Positions 12,922 through 24,417 of a stretch of DNA of 64,000 bases are shown here, in pieces. The notes below the pieces were generated by a model. The model saw nothing but the letters and a program-made list of their open reading frames with translations, was not told the origin of the DNA and searched no databases. Position numbers and translations under genes: made by a program. How positions within the stretch are numbered: position 1 is the stretch's first letter; each line of letters opens with the position of its first letter. The stretch is from Podarcis vaucheri (taxonomy: Eukaryota): NCBI GenBank assembly GCA_965113315.1, contig OZ220363.1; one strand, given 5' to 3'.

Positions 12922-13308
12922 GAGGAGGAGGAGGGGAGGAGGAGGAGGCGGATGGTGCCGCGGAGCTGTGTTGCGAGAGGGCGAAAGAGCGAGGAAAGGC
13001 TTTGCCAAAGGTTGACGGCTGGTGCAAGGCAGGGCAGACACCTTCGACCCCCGAGGGTCCCCGGAGTGGAAAGGAGAGTGGCGGACGCAGGCAAAAGGAA
13101 GGAAGGAAGGAAGGAGGGAAGGAAGGGGAAGGGAGGAAGGAAGAAAAGGGAGAAGGAGAGCAGCCGCGATCTGGGCTGGAGAGCGAGAAAGAGAAAGAGG
13201 GAGAAATGAAGGGGGAGAGAAGGAGGAAGAGAGCGGAGGAGTGCAGTGAGTAAGGACTGCCACTGGGGTCAGGGAGCAGAGCACCAGGAAACAGGGCGGC
13301 CAAGGCGC

Positions 13309-13312
<4 letters not shown>

Positions 13313-13360
<48 letters not shown>
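13313..13360. repeat. Compound (CT)n(CA)n microsatellite at the putative TSS
   Basis: Direct reading. Confidence 0.95.
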
Positions 13361-14289
13361 GCCACACACGCACAGGCTGCCAGCTCCTCCTTGCTGCTGC
13401 TGCTTACTTCACTCTCTTCTCTCCCCCCCCCACCCCGCAACCTCAAGCCAAAAAGGAAGGCTAAGGAGGGAGAGCATCCCCTGCCAAATCGCAGCAAATC
13501 TCTTGCCCTCCCCTGAAAGATTAAATTGAAGAGGAATGCTGGGTCACGGGAGACCTAAGGCACTGCATGCTGGAGTGCCCTGCAAATCCTGAGTACTGTA
13601 TTCCTCAATTTCTTCAAGCCTTGTGTCATCATCATGGTCATTAGTATAGGGGGTTGTTTTCCTCTTTTTTAAGAAAGAAAAGAGGCACCCCCCCAAAAAA
13701 AAGGTTTCACGATAAAGGGGTAAAAAATTAAATTAGGTGATGGGGAAATTAACATACGTCAAGCCTAAATAAATGTACCGGTATGTAAGAGATTATGGGA
13801 GTTCCATCTCACTGACACCATCAATGCATCTATATGAAGATAAGTCCCTTTGACTCTGTATGTCTGGGGTGTACAAATTCAAGGAGGTGTGCACCCTATT
13901 TGTTTTATAATAATAATAAAACAAACGAGAGCCGTAGCACTTCCACAAAACCCAAGCAGTTGAATAAATGGAACAGAAAGGTTATTACTAGGATTAACTA
14001 CAAAGCATCAGGAACCTTTTTAATGTGTGGAAGGGGGGGCGGAACCACCTGTAATAACTATTGAATCTCCCTCTTTTTAAAAAATTGTCTCATTGCTGAA
14101 GCAGGAGAAAATTTCCAATGTTTTTTTCTGCAGAACAATATGCAGTACGATCCTGCTGAGCGTATCAGTCAGAAGTAAGTCCTATGTTCAAAGGGGCTTA
14201 CTTACATCCAGTTAGGATTGCAACCTAAATCTAATTTGTTGGGGAGCGGGGGACAGAATCAGTCAAATCTGGAAAAGAATGAGGGATAT

Positions 14290-14356
14290 CGAATCATAGA
14301 ATTGTACAGTTGGAAGAGACTTCTATGGTCACCTAGTCCAACCCCCTGCAACGCAG
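14290..14356 (-). mobile_element. CR1-type 3' tail fragment
   Basis: GAATCATAGAATTGTACAGTTGGAAG...CTAGTCCAACCCCCTGCAA, reverse complement of the CR1 (ATTCTRTG) tail; similar piece at 38526-38630. Confidence 0.7.
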
Positions 14357-17044
14357 TGCAAGTCACAATAAGTGAGCAGGGCAAACTAACCCCAAACAAT
14401 TTAAAAGCAATGAAGAGAAAATAACATTTAAACTTATTGAACTATGTTAATTGGGTGAGACATAGTATCACGCCCCCCACCCCAATACAACCAGAAACAC
14501 TTCATGCTAACTTTGTATTTCATAAAAATTTCCAGGGGGTGCATATATTTCTGACTGTGAGGATATAATGGGAGAAAGCCTCTGAGAAGGAATGGGGAGA
14601 GGAACACTCTTACGTGTGCAAAACTAAATCATATTGTAATATAACATTCAAACTAGGCCAGCTAATTATTTTTTCCGAAAGAGTCGAACACAGTTTGAAC
14701 ACATTCAGTTTTTCCTGTTGCTAACCTGATTTTTCAGTTTTTTGTTGTTTTCAAAACCTATTTGCACAGATGTGATAGTGGTACTAAAAAGTGAGTGTGT
14801 ACTCAGTGATCTAAATATCTCTAGAGCTACTTTCTATACTCTAAAATCTATTACCTTTCTCTAACTATAATGTGACATCAAAAAGTATTACTCTCTCTCA
14901 AAATCTCCCCCCAACTAATAGTTAATTTTAAATTTTCATACATTTGTTCCTCATATATTTTGCAATAATTTAAAAAGGAGGAAACATTGCCCTGCTAAGA
15001 ACTATGCACAATACTCATGACAAGTAAAGGGAGATTTAAGTTAAGAAAATTTAACTTAACAAAATTTATGGATGGTTAAGGTAAAGTGCCAGGTAGTCCG
15101 CTAAATTAATAAGATATCCACAAACAATTTCATCTGTAAGCAAAACCAAGCTTTGTTGAAATAATTAGCAGAAATGTCCTGCAGAAAAAGCACTGTAAAA
15201 TAAAAATAAAAAATCTCCGCATTGTGGTTGTTTTAATATAAAAAGCTTTGCATCCAGCTCTTCTTGTAGAAGTGGGATGAACCTCTGCTCTCCTTTAGAG
15301 TCCCATGTGCCCTCAAAATTAGCTCTAGGGGTTTGGGGGACTGCCCTATAGTTTTAGTTGTAATTGTGAGCCTTCTTGACCCCATTAGACCCCACTAGGC
15401 CAAAAGTGTGGAAGCAATCATCTAGATTTCTTAATCCAGCAGGATGTATGTACACACCCTAACACCACCAGCAGCACACACACACACACACAGACACACA
15501 CACGCGAAATAAATTGTAACAATGCAATCATATTGTTACGGAAAAATCTAGGTGCAAGACTGCTCAGTCACCCAGCTTGTTGGGCAGATCCCTGCGGAAT
15601 AAAGGAAGGAGTCCAGCCACCAACCAGAGCAAATAGCTGTAGACCAAAGCTTGCTGCGCAACAGGTTCAAAGAGGAATTTTGAACCCCAAGGATGGGGTG
15701 ACAAGGACTTTTAAAAGTTTCTATCTTATCCCAGCATACAGTTCATTAAGCATCATCACTACATCTTTGCTACATCATTACTACATCAGAAAAGGGGAGG
15801 GTTATACATGATTAACATAGGAGGAATGTGTTGGGTCAACAGGCCTATACAGGATATGTATTGGGAAGTACATTCTAAGCACCTACTACAAAGGGACAAT
15901 AGAACTTTGGTTTGCATAGTCTGCCACCTGGTCAAGTCTGGAGGAGTGCCTTTGCCCAGCGATTGACACCTATGAGTACCTTCCTGTGAGTATGTGACCT
16001 CCCACTTGAGGGATTATGGTGGGGACCAAGTGGTTTACAAGTCCTTGGCCAATGACGCAAATTGGCAGTGGAATGAAGGAAAGTGGCAAAGGAGTTGATT
16101 TTATATTATTTTTAAAGCTAGGTAACTTCCCTGAGCTGTCAAGTCGAAAGAATACATTTATGCATATTTGTAACATTTAACAACTTTAAAGATATCCCCC
16201 CCTCCCTGTAATTTCCATAACAATATACAAGGGTACTGAGAAGTCCACTGAGTAGTAATTGCCAGGTAAGTGGTATAAGAAACGTACCCTGGATCTCTCC
16301 CATAGAACAGAACATGCACAGTACAATCCTATGTAATCTAACACTCCCAAGTACACATGCAAAGAATGGCACTGTAAGACTCTTAATTTAAAAGTCACCT
16401 GTCAGATTGAAAAGGTAAGTATAATATATTCATGGATCTGTTGACATTCAAATAACAACCAGAAGCTCAAATCAGGTTCAAGCTAGACACTGCAGATAAG
16501 GGACTATTCTTGTATAAAAGGCTCCCCCTCTCTGTAAGGAAGATAGCCAAAGGAACAGCAGTGAGGAGGCTGGTGAGACACGAGATAATGAGTCAGGATA
16601 TTTTACTGAATTATATCTTGCTTAAGAAACGTATTGTTTGAAATTTTGTAGCTATATTATGTATGGTTTTATTATATATGTATTTTATTCCCATCTTCTC
16701 CCCTTCATTATGTTCTCCCTTTCATTGTAAAAAATAATAATGGGCCAGATCACAATATGCATAGTAGCACAATATTTATAACAGCATAATTTCAACAGCG
16801 TAATACAGTATTGTCATTCAATGAAAGAATGACAAAAATATGCACATTAGCATCTAAATCCAGTTCAACCAACCCTTCATTGCACATTACTTCATTATAT
16901 ATTAATAATTACTATTATTGATTACTATATGAATTATTATTAGATTTGTTAGATGTGCTAGTGTTGAATTCGTTGCAGATTCGTATTTTATTATTTTACC
17001 TAGCAGCTTACTATTGCTACTACTACTACTACTACTACTACTAC

Positions 17045-17575
17045 TATTAATAATAATAAATATTACATTTCTACTTCACCATTCTTCCAAGGAACTCAAG
17101 ATGGCATACAGGATTCAAAACCAGTCTGTGAAGTAGCCTAAACTGAGAGACAGTGATTGGACCAATGCCACCCAATGAGCTTTATAGCTGAGCAGAGATT
17201 TAAACCTTGGTTTCCCAGGTCCAGTTCCAACTCTCTAACCCATGGGTAGGCAAACTAAGACCCAGGAACCAGATCTGGCCCAATCACCTTCTCAATCTGG
17301 CCTGCAGACTGTCCGGGAATCAGCGTGTGTTTACATGAGGAGAATGTGTCCTTTTATTTAAAATGCATCTCTGGGTTATTTGTGGGGCCTGCCTGGTGTT
17401 TTTACATGAGGAGAATGTGTGCTTTTATTTAAAATGCATCTCTGACTTATTCGTGGGCATAGGAATTTGTTCATCCCCCCCCAATATAGTCTGGCCCCCC
17501 ACAGGGTCTGAGGGACAGTGGACTAGCCCCCTGCTGAAAAAGTTTGCTGAGCCCTGCTCTAACCATTACACATTT
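17045..17575 (-). mobile_element. Squam3-like (MIR/CORE-related) SINE, interrupted in its head by a hAT MITE
   Basis: Minus strand: GTGTAATGGTTAGAG|AGTTGGAAC..GGTTTAAATCTCTGCTCAGCTATAAAGCTCATTGGGTGGCATTGGTCCAATCAC..CTTGAGTTCCTTGGAAGAA..AAATGTAAT; adjoining (TAC)n at 17018-17046. Confidence 0.7.
17241..17556. mobile_element. hAT (Charlie-like) MITE
   Basis: TIRs CATGGGTAGGCAAACT / AGTTTGCTGAGCCCTG; perfect 8-bp TSD CTCTAACC; internal ~70-bp tandem duplication. Confidence 0.92.
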
Positions 17576-17699
17576 AAAATCATAAAAAAATCAATATAAC
17601 GAACAATATTCTTAAAAACCGATTTTACTCAACGGTTTGGATTATGTAAACTGGGGAGAAATTATTTTCTCTTGGCAGTAACAAGAATTTCTATGTTCT

Positions 17700-17932
17700 G
17701 AGATGCAAACCTGCGGCACCTATCGAAGAAGCAGGAGACCTTATTGGAATTGGAATGCTCTGAACTCTCTCCATCTAGGCTCAGGTTGCCTATACGTGTG
17801 TAAATAAACCATATATCATAAAGACACCACAGTCTCCACTATGCCTCATTTCCAAAGGAAACGCAAACTTTGGGTAAACGCCTGGATCCCTGGAATCTTG
17901 CACTGCGCATGGAGATTGGGTGGGGTGTAACA
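17700..17932 (+). mobile_element. LTR-like repeat, 3' part
   Basis: AATAAA followed by a terminus ...GTGTAACA; homologous to 62480-63109; left edge uncertain. Confidence 0.5.
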
Positions 17933-18344
17933 ATATTTTCTTAGGAAGCAGAAGGCAACTACAGTCAATCTAATAGCCAAAATTGATTATCTGTTCCCTC
18001 CTGAGCTGACTAGAAGTTTCAGGTGTAGCAACACTATATCCAGGTCCTGGTTTTTGCCCATTTTATACTTTTCCCAGATATAGTCTGTATCTGAGGGAAG
18101 GGGGGGGACTTGGTCAACTCTATAAATGATCTGAACACACAAAAGATAAGGTCAAGAAGGAAAAGGGCTCGGAGAAGCCTTGAGAGCCAGAGAGCACTAC
18201 TTGTGCACCTAGAAGTGCTTTCAATTAAGAAAATAATCAAGGACAGAAATGGTAGCTATTAGAACCCGGGGGGGGGGGGGGAGAAACCGCATTTATTGCA
18301 GTTTCACATTCTGAAATACCACCCTTTATATCTTCTTTTGAAAT

Positions 18345-18430
18345 ATCAGCTGCTGCATCAGATGGGCATTAGTCCATGAAAGCATATGCCGCAATAAATG
18401 TGTTTGATTTAAGGTGCTACAAGACTTTTC
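18345..18430 (+). mobile_element. Degenerate Penelope-type terminal repeat fragment
   Basis: GCATCAGATGGGC..TCCATGAAAGCATATGC..AATAAA..TTAAGGTGCTACAAGAC resembles 36113-36213; hammerhead core destroyed. Confidence 0.5.
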
Positions 18431-20074
18431 TTTCCTTTTTTTGATAAATGTAGGGTGCGGTTTTCTAATGTGTGCAACCCTACCGCCCTCAGATGTGGGG
18501 GAAATGGTGTATAAACTACTTCATACTCAAGGAACTTCCGGATTTAAGGAAAGAATCCAAAACCCATTGCTCTTCCTCATATAAGAGTTAAACTCCTTTT
18601 AGGATGTGACTTTTGCTCCCTATCCAGAGAGATGCTGATGCTGATGGAACAGTTAGAAGGAACAGTAAACAGCAGCCAGAAGAAAGTCTCCCCAGATATC
18701 CTTTGGGCCTTTTCTATTCACTGGGTCAGAGCTCTTTCACAGGATATTGGTCAGCTGCCGCTTTGCTCCTATTAAATTAAATTAGGTAGCTGATTGGAAC
18801 ATCCCCATTTGGCCTCCCTAAAGCAACACAAAAGTTGCTTTATAAAGCAGTGAGGAGACAACATTTGGGATTTTCAAACATTTACCTCAGTACTCAGCAC
18901 ATTTAATTAAGCAGCCATCTCTATTAGTTCTACCACTTCAAGATAATTTTCTGCGGTATTATGTGAAAAAACTGCCAGTCAAATCAAACTAATCGATAGA
19001 TTTTCATTAAATAGTCTAAATAAATATTTAAGCCATAAAACTGAAAAGCTTGACATCTGAATTTCATGCATGAATATACTCCCTATTCAACTGCAATCAT
19101 GTATTCACACACACACAAAATATTCATATACCTCAGTGTTGGAGTTCAGTGTCCAGCATTGCTACAATACACATCCTATAAAGTAGGACCAATTCTTCAT
19201 TTATCCATATTTAGATGGAAACAATGACATACGGTTTTTAGGTAGAAACTCCAAAATACAGAGTTGGACAATACCTTGATTAGGACCAACCAAAATGTCA
19301 CAAAGTAATGGCAAGATCTGAGTTCTTCAGAATCAAGCAAGATGTTGCACAAAGCACAGCTGAGCTTTTCATGCAAGTACTGTATTCAGAATTTATTATT
19401 ATCTTTTAACCAAAGTGTCCCTTTCATTTTTAAGTTATGTCGATAGAAAAGCATTTTCTGCTTCCACATGTGGTTACAACTATTCTAAATTTGTATCCAT
19501 CAGCAAAATCCTTTTTGTGACAGTTAAATGCTGTTAGACCCAATACACCTTACCAGCATTTAATTATTTGTAACAGGATAACACTGTTGGTGTTACCATT
19601 TCTACAGTGTTCCCTGATGAATTTGAAGGGACGCATTTTCTATTATTCCTGCTGCTTTTCCCTTCCCTTGGAAACATCTAAACATATCCCCTTCCCACAA
19701 GAATCCAATTTCCTTATAGAAAAGGGAGCGGCACAGGTTAATTTCAGTCTTTCCCACCTGCCCACATTGCTCTTTAAATCACTCCACCCCACTGTTTTAT
19801 AGGTATTTGACTTCTGACCCAGTTTTCACATGGTTTTGACACCATCACATCTAGTTTGGGCCAAAAAGAAACAGGCTGTACCGATATTTTGTACCTTTAG
19901 TGCTTTTACAACCGGTCCCAGACAATGCAAATTGCCTTTGTTTATGGAAGTAAACTTTAATCACTGCTACCACTGGTAACGTCAGCTGATCTTGTAAAAC
20001 TTTAATGTTTGAACAGTGCAGTAACTCCTGCCAAATCGAGGTAATATAGGAATATTAGGCAACATGATGTAACG

Positions 20075-20560
20075 ACCGGCAAGGGAAGACTTGCCTTGAT
20101 CAAGGGCTGAGTGAAGTCTAGCTGCTCAGCCCTACAAAGTTCCCTCAGAGATCCTCAGTGGAAGCTGTTGCCTGGCAACTGCCATCTGCCAGCAAGGGAA
20201 GACTTCCCTCCATCATGGGCTGCGAGACTTCTAGCTACTTGGCTCCACTTCTTTGCCTCAGGAGGTCCTAAATGGGAGCTGTTGCCTGCCAACTGCCGGC
20301 AAAGGAAGACTTAGGCTGTGTGCGCACTATACCTTTAAAGCACATTCAAAGCACATCCCCTCCCCCTCACAGTAGTTAAAAGTTGCTGGGAAGAGTAACT
20401 TTGTGTGGGGGGGGTTAAACTACAATGCCCAGAATTCTTTGAGGGAAAGAATGTGCTTTGAATGTGCTTTAAAGATACTGTGTGTATATAATACAGCCTT
20501 AGCTCCACCTGGGCTGACTGAGGTCCTCACCTCAGAGATCCCCAGTGAGCTTGCTGCCCA
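20075..20560. repeat. Diverged tandem repeat, ~3 units of ~110 bp
   Basis: Recurrent GCAAGGGAAGACTT..GGGCTG..CCTCAG(A)GATCC..GCTGTTGCCTG; third unit interrupted by a MITE. Confidence 0.65.
20314..20498. mobile_element. PIF/Harbinger-type palindromic MITE
   Basis: TTA-GGCTGT...ACAGCC-TTA (3-bp TTA TSD); long arms CTTTAAAGCACATTCAAAGCACAT / ATGTGCTTTGAATGTGCTTTAAAG; related fragment at ~53995-54125. Confidence 0.75.
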
Positions 20561-20730
20561 AAGGTACAAAGGAAAACAAAAAACAAGGTCAAATATACGT
20601 CTGAACAAATCTGGCCCAACATTGTTTCTGATCATATGTGCAAATCTTTTTGAATGCAGTTGTATCCTGCAGATTCTTTACAAGCCTTTTTGAAAACCTC
20701 CTAAGGCTATAAAGAGGAATATAATTGTTT

Positions 20731-21047
20731 CATACCCTCTAACATGTTGAGTCCCCAAACCAGGACACCTGTCTTCCCGGTGGTGCTCCTGTGCAAGTCA
20801 TGTGACCCACACAAGATCACAGAGCCCAAAATACATGGGGGGTTTTTCAGGGCTGTGTTCTCATGGTAGCAAAACACACATGTTTTGGGGTGCTGCACAA
20901 GATCACAGCCCCCAAAATGCTTTTTGCGGGGGAGTGAGATCTCAGCACAAAATCGCACCAGATCACAACAACTCGAATGGCTGCCATGCTTTTTTCGTGG
21001 GGGGAAAATGGGATGTCCCTGTTTTTCTGAGACACTTGCAGGGTCTG
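20731..21047. mobile_element. Degenerate hAT-like MITE with internal tandem repeats
   Basis: Imperfect TIRs CATACCCTCTAACATG / CACTTGCAGGGTCTG; repeated CACAAGATCACAG..CCCAAAA units; TSD not clear. Confidence 0.5.
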
Positions 21048-23440
21048 TTGTATTTTCAACTTTTCAATACTCATCTCAGCAGCATGAAGGTATTTCTCAG
21101 GTGAGTACTTGTAGGGCTTGCCTGATACAGAGCAGCAAATGGCAGCCCCCCCCCCCAATCCCTCTAGTCAAGGTACATAGTACCAAAGAGTAGTCAATTT
21201 ATTTTGGTACTTTGCTTCAAGTCCCAATGAAAATACAACAGTAATAAATCTGAACATGCACTGCTTTTTCATGACTCCGAATCAGTTGACTAATGCAGCC
21301 ACCTCGCTTGGCCTTTGGTAGGGTAGCCCCAAATGCAAAGAATGCTACAATGTTAGTGACCTTCCGTTTCTGTGTATGTGCAAAGTAAGAGAAATCTTCA
21401 CTGAAACAACGAGGCAAATTTGTTCAGTCTGAATCTCCGTATTGCATTTATTCCGTGTGTAAAGTCCCTGGCCTTGTCAGTGAGACTTTCACATGGAAAA
21501 CATGTCCAGGTTTACATCTGGCAGAAAAGTAATGTCGTAGTAGCCCAGAAGATTATTTTAAGGCATATTCTCGTGGTGAAGGGAGGGAATTTACCCTTGC
21601 AGTCAACAATTGTCAACTTAATCGGTCCCTCTGGACTAGACTTGGAACTGATGTGACTGGGATTTGCAAAAGGCAGGCAGATCACAGTTCAGCTATAATT
21701 CATCCGACTCTCTACAATCTTAATTGAAAATGTCAGCCTGAGGCTCATATCCAAAACAGTTACATGGAAATGAGGTCCAATTCTAATATTAATTTCTAAT
21801 AGGAAGAAGTTATCAAGAGGTGACTTTCTGCTCCTTCGAGCAGTGAGCATTTCTTGTGCTATTTGTATATTTCAGTTCATGTCTGTGGTTACCAGTGCAC
21901 CCTCAGACACCCCTGTGGCACTCACCAAGGGCCCCTTGTTGCTCCCTATTTTATTTTATTGTTTTTTCCCTTTTTGTTGTTTACAGAAAAGTTGCCTTTT
22001 GGTGGTGGTGGAGTGTCTGTTTTCTGTCTATGTTTTACATGCTTTGGAGGCCTGTAGGCATGTTACCTGCTGTTTGGATAGAGAGGTCTGAACATCACCG
22101 GCTTTTATGTGAATTGGGTATTTTGTGGCACCCACAACAGTTAGATTTCCAGATGTACCCCCACCCAGGCCGAAGAAAAGTTGGGGAGCTCTGGTTTATG
22201 TAGTGAGGTCTGATGTTTGACATGTCTTGAAAAAGCAAATTTCAATTTCCTCTAGCACCCAGCAGTAATAGGAAATGTCACATCGAAAATAAACTTCAGG
22301 ATGGGGCATGCATTCTGTGTTACCAAAGCCTATGAAATGAAGAGCCTAACATGTTGAGTAGAAGTAAGTTGCACTGAAATCAGTGGGAAGTTGAACCCAG
22401 TGGCCAAATCATCTTTTTCTGCACTTGTTAAAGCAGTTCTTTAAACACCCATTTTAAAACTTGGAGGGGGAGGTAGAAACTAATTCAGTAGGGAAAAATG
22501 AGTGTGACAAAAAAAACACACAACAGCAATAAAGCACACATCACAATGTGCTAGTTCTTGGGCAGGCATTAGTCTCTCTTAAAGCATAGTCAAAATCTTT
22601 AGATTTTCATTCCATGTTAGTATGTCTTGAATTGTTTCTATAACTACTGTATGCTGAAAATTTTGTTTCTGAAGCATATGGTTAGACCCACTGAACACAA
22701 AAGAAATTTCATGTGATTAAGAATTTACATTAAGTTTAGGAAAATCCCTGAATTTGACAGGTTAATATAAACTGAGTAATGATAAAGTGCAAACTAAGAG
22801 GACAATGTAACATTTATGCGCACTGAAGTTCCATTTCAGTTTCAATAAAAGAGTTAAGCACACACATAATACTCTCTCTCTGGAATTAGAGGGACATTGG
22901 TCACATATGGATGAATAATACTCTACATAACGGTCTCTGATATTTTACTTTTGCTGGCTAATGATTTGATTCTCTTTTGTCCTTTGGATGATGTTTTGTG
23001 AACAATAAAGTATGTTTATAAAGTATAAATTAGTTTTCCAAAACTAATCTGTATGTCAATATTTAAATCAAGCTGTTTACATCAGAGCAATACTTACATT
23101 GATTTATTAAAAGGGTATTCTTATAATTACCTTTTTCATATTGGATTACTTTGCACTTTCTTTTGGTTCTGTACTTAAGCATGTGTTTAGCCTGAATTCT
23201 GTTCTAGGCGCAGACCTCACAAAAAATGAAATAGTTTGGTGGAACTGAAATGATCTTTTGATGGTTTCCCACACTGAGCTGAGGATTTAATTTTAAGCAA
23301 GGATATACCACTGGCAAAGGATTGCATGTGGCACTTGGGATAAGGAAGTAGACCTGCATACTTCTAGGCTGATTTCAGATAGAGACTTGTTAGGTACTGT
23401 GGGACAGTGAGAGAGCTATGCTGGTACCCAGGTACTAAGC

Positions 23441-23762
23441 CATGGGTAGGCAAACTATGGTCCAGGGGCCGGATCCGGTCCAATTGCCCTCTAAATCCAG
23501 CCCGCAGACGGTCTGGGAATCAGTGTGTTTTTACATGAGTAGAATGTGTCTTTTTATTTAAAATGTATCGCTGGCTTATTCGTGCGGCCTGCCTGGTGTT
23601 TTTACATGGGTAGAATGTGTGCTTTTATTTAAAATACATCTCTGGGTTATTTGTGGGGCATAGGAATTTGTTCATTATTTTCCTCAAAAGGTATAGTCCG
23701 GCCCCTCAAAGGGACTGAGGGACAGTGGATCGGCCCCTGCTGAAAAAGTTTGCTGACCCCTG
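23441..23762. mobile_element. hAT (Charlie-like) MITE, same family as 17241
   Basis: TIRs CATGGGTAGGCAAACT / AGTTTGCTGACCCCTG; collinear with the 17241 copy; no matching TSD. Confidence 0.88.
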
Positions 23763-24035
23763 TTAACGAAGCTCTCCCTCAGAGACACTTATTGTGTGCC
23801 TGCCTGTGAAGTCAATCAAGCTGACAGACACAAGAGACAGGTCCTTTTTTGTGGTAGCTCCTGGAACCTCACACTCTCTTCTCTCAGAGATGTGCATGGC
23901 CTCAGAATTTTAGATGAGTTTTAAAAATAAATCTTTTGGAAACTGCCTTTTCCTAATGGCTTTTGCTACAGAGTTTAGATACAAAATAAGTTTCTGTTTA
24001 CTTGTTGTATTATTCATTGTAAAGGATACTCTGAG

Positions 24036-24417
24036 GGGAGTGGGTGGCACTGTGGTCTAAACCACTGAGCCTCTTGGGCTTGCTGCTCTGAAAGTCGGCG
24101 GTTCAAAGCCCCACGACAGGGTGAGCTCCCGTTTCTCTGTCCAGCTCCTGCCAGCCTAGCAGTTCGAAAGCATGCCAGTTCAAGTAGATAAATAGGTACC
24201 GCTGTGAAGAGAAGATAAACGGCATTTCCATGTGCTCTGGTTTCTGTCACAGTGTTACGCTGCGCCAGAAGCGGTTTAGTCATGCTGGCCACATGACCCA
24301 GAAAGCTGTCTGTGGACAAACTCCGGCTCCCTTGGCCCAAAAAGCGAGATGAGTGCCACACCCCATAGTTTCCTCTGACTGGACTTAAACGTCCAAGGGT
24401 CCTTTACCTTTTACCTT
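24036..24417 (+). mobile_element. Sauria SINE (Squam1)
   Basis: Head GGGTGGCACTGTGGTCTAAACC..GGTTCAAAGCCC, body shared with 7832-8195, tail CCTTTACCTTTTACCTT. Confidence 0.9.

Larger units (their letters stand above)
12837..13400 (-). other. Putative first (5'UTR) exon of an unidentified gene
   Basis: Minus strand: (GT)n(GA)n leader, pyrimidine-rich UTR-like body, ends GAGAAG|GTAAAT (GT at 12836-12835); TSS position approximate; no long credible CDS. Confidence 0.55.
11700..13420 (-). promoter_or_regulatory. CpG island / promoter and first-intron region of a minus-strand gene
   Basis: Abrupt non-repeat enrichment in CpG and GC (CCGCCGCGC, CGCGATCGC, GGCGGACGC); G-runs on the minus strand downstream of the donor; island ends sharply at ~13.4 kb. 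Confidence 0.8.

Noticed and set aside
13277-13298. Possible RE1/NRSE (AGCACCAGGAAACAG)
   Set aside because: Spacing and right half-site deviate from TCAGCACCACGGACAG
12837-13400. Assigning a gene symbol to the minus-strand gene
   Set aside because: No coding exon or recognisable UTR sequence; any name would be a guess
11669-13464. Many overlapping 70-208 aa ORFs on both strands
   Set aside because: Low-complexity products of a GC-rich, microsatellite-containing island; mostly non-ATG starts and no recognisable domain
15534-15816. TG..CA bounded segment resembling a solo LTR
   Set aside because: No matching TSD and no second copy in the window; unsupported
19260-19340. Third Penelope/hammerhead-like remnant on the minus strand
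   Set aside because: Core boxes are not intact; too degenerate to call
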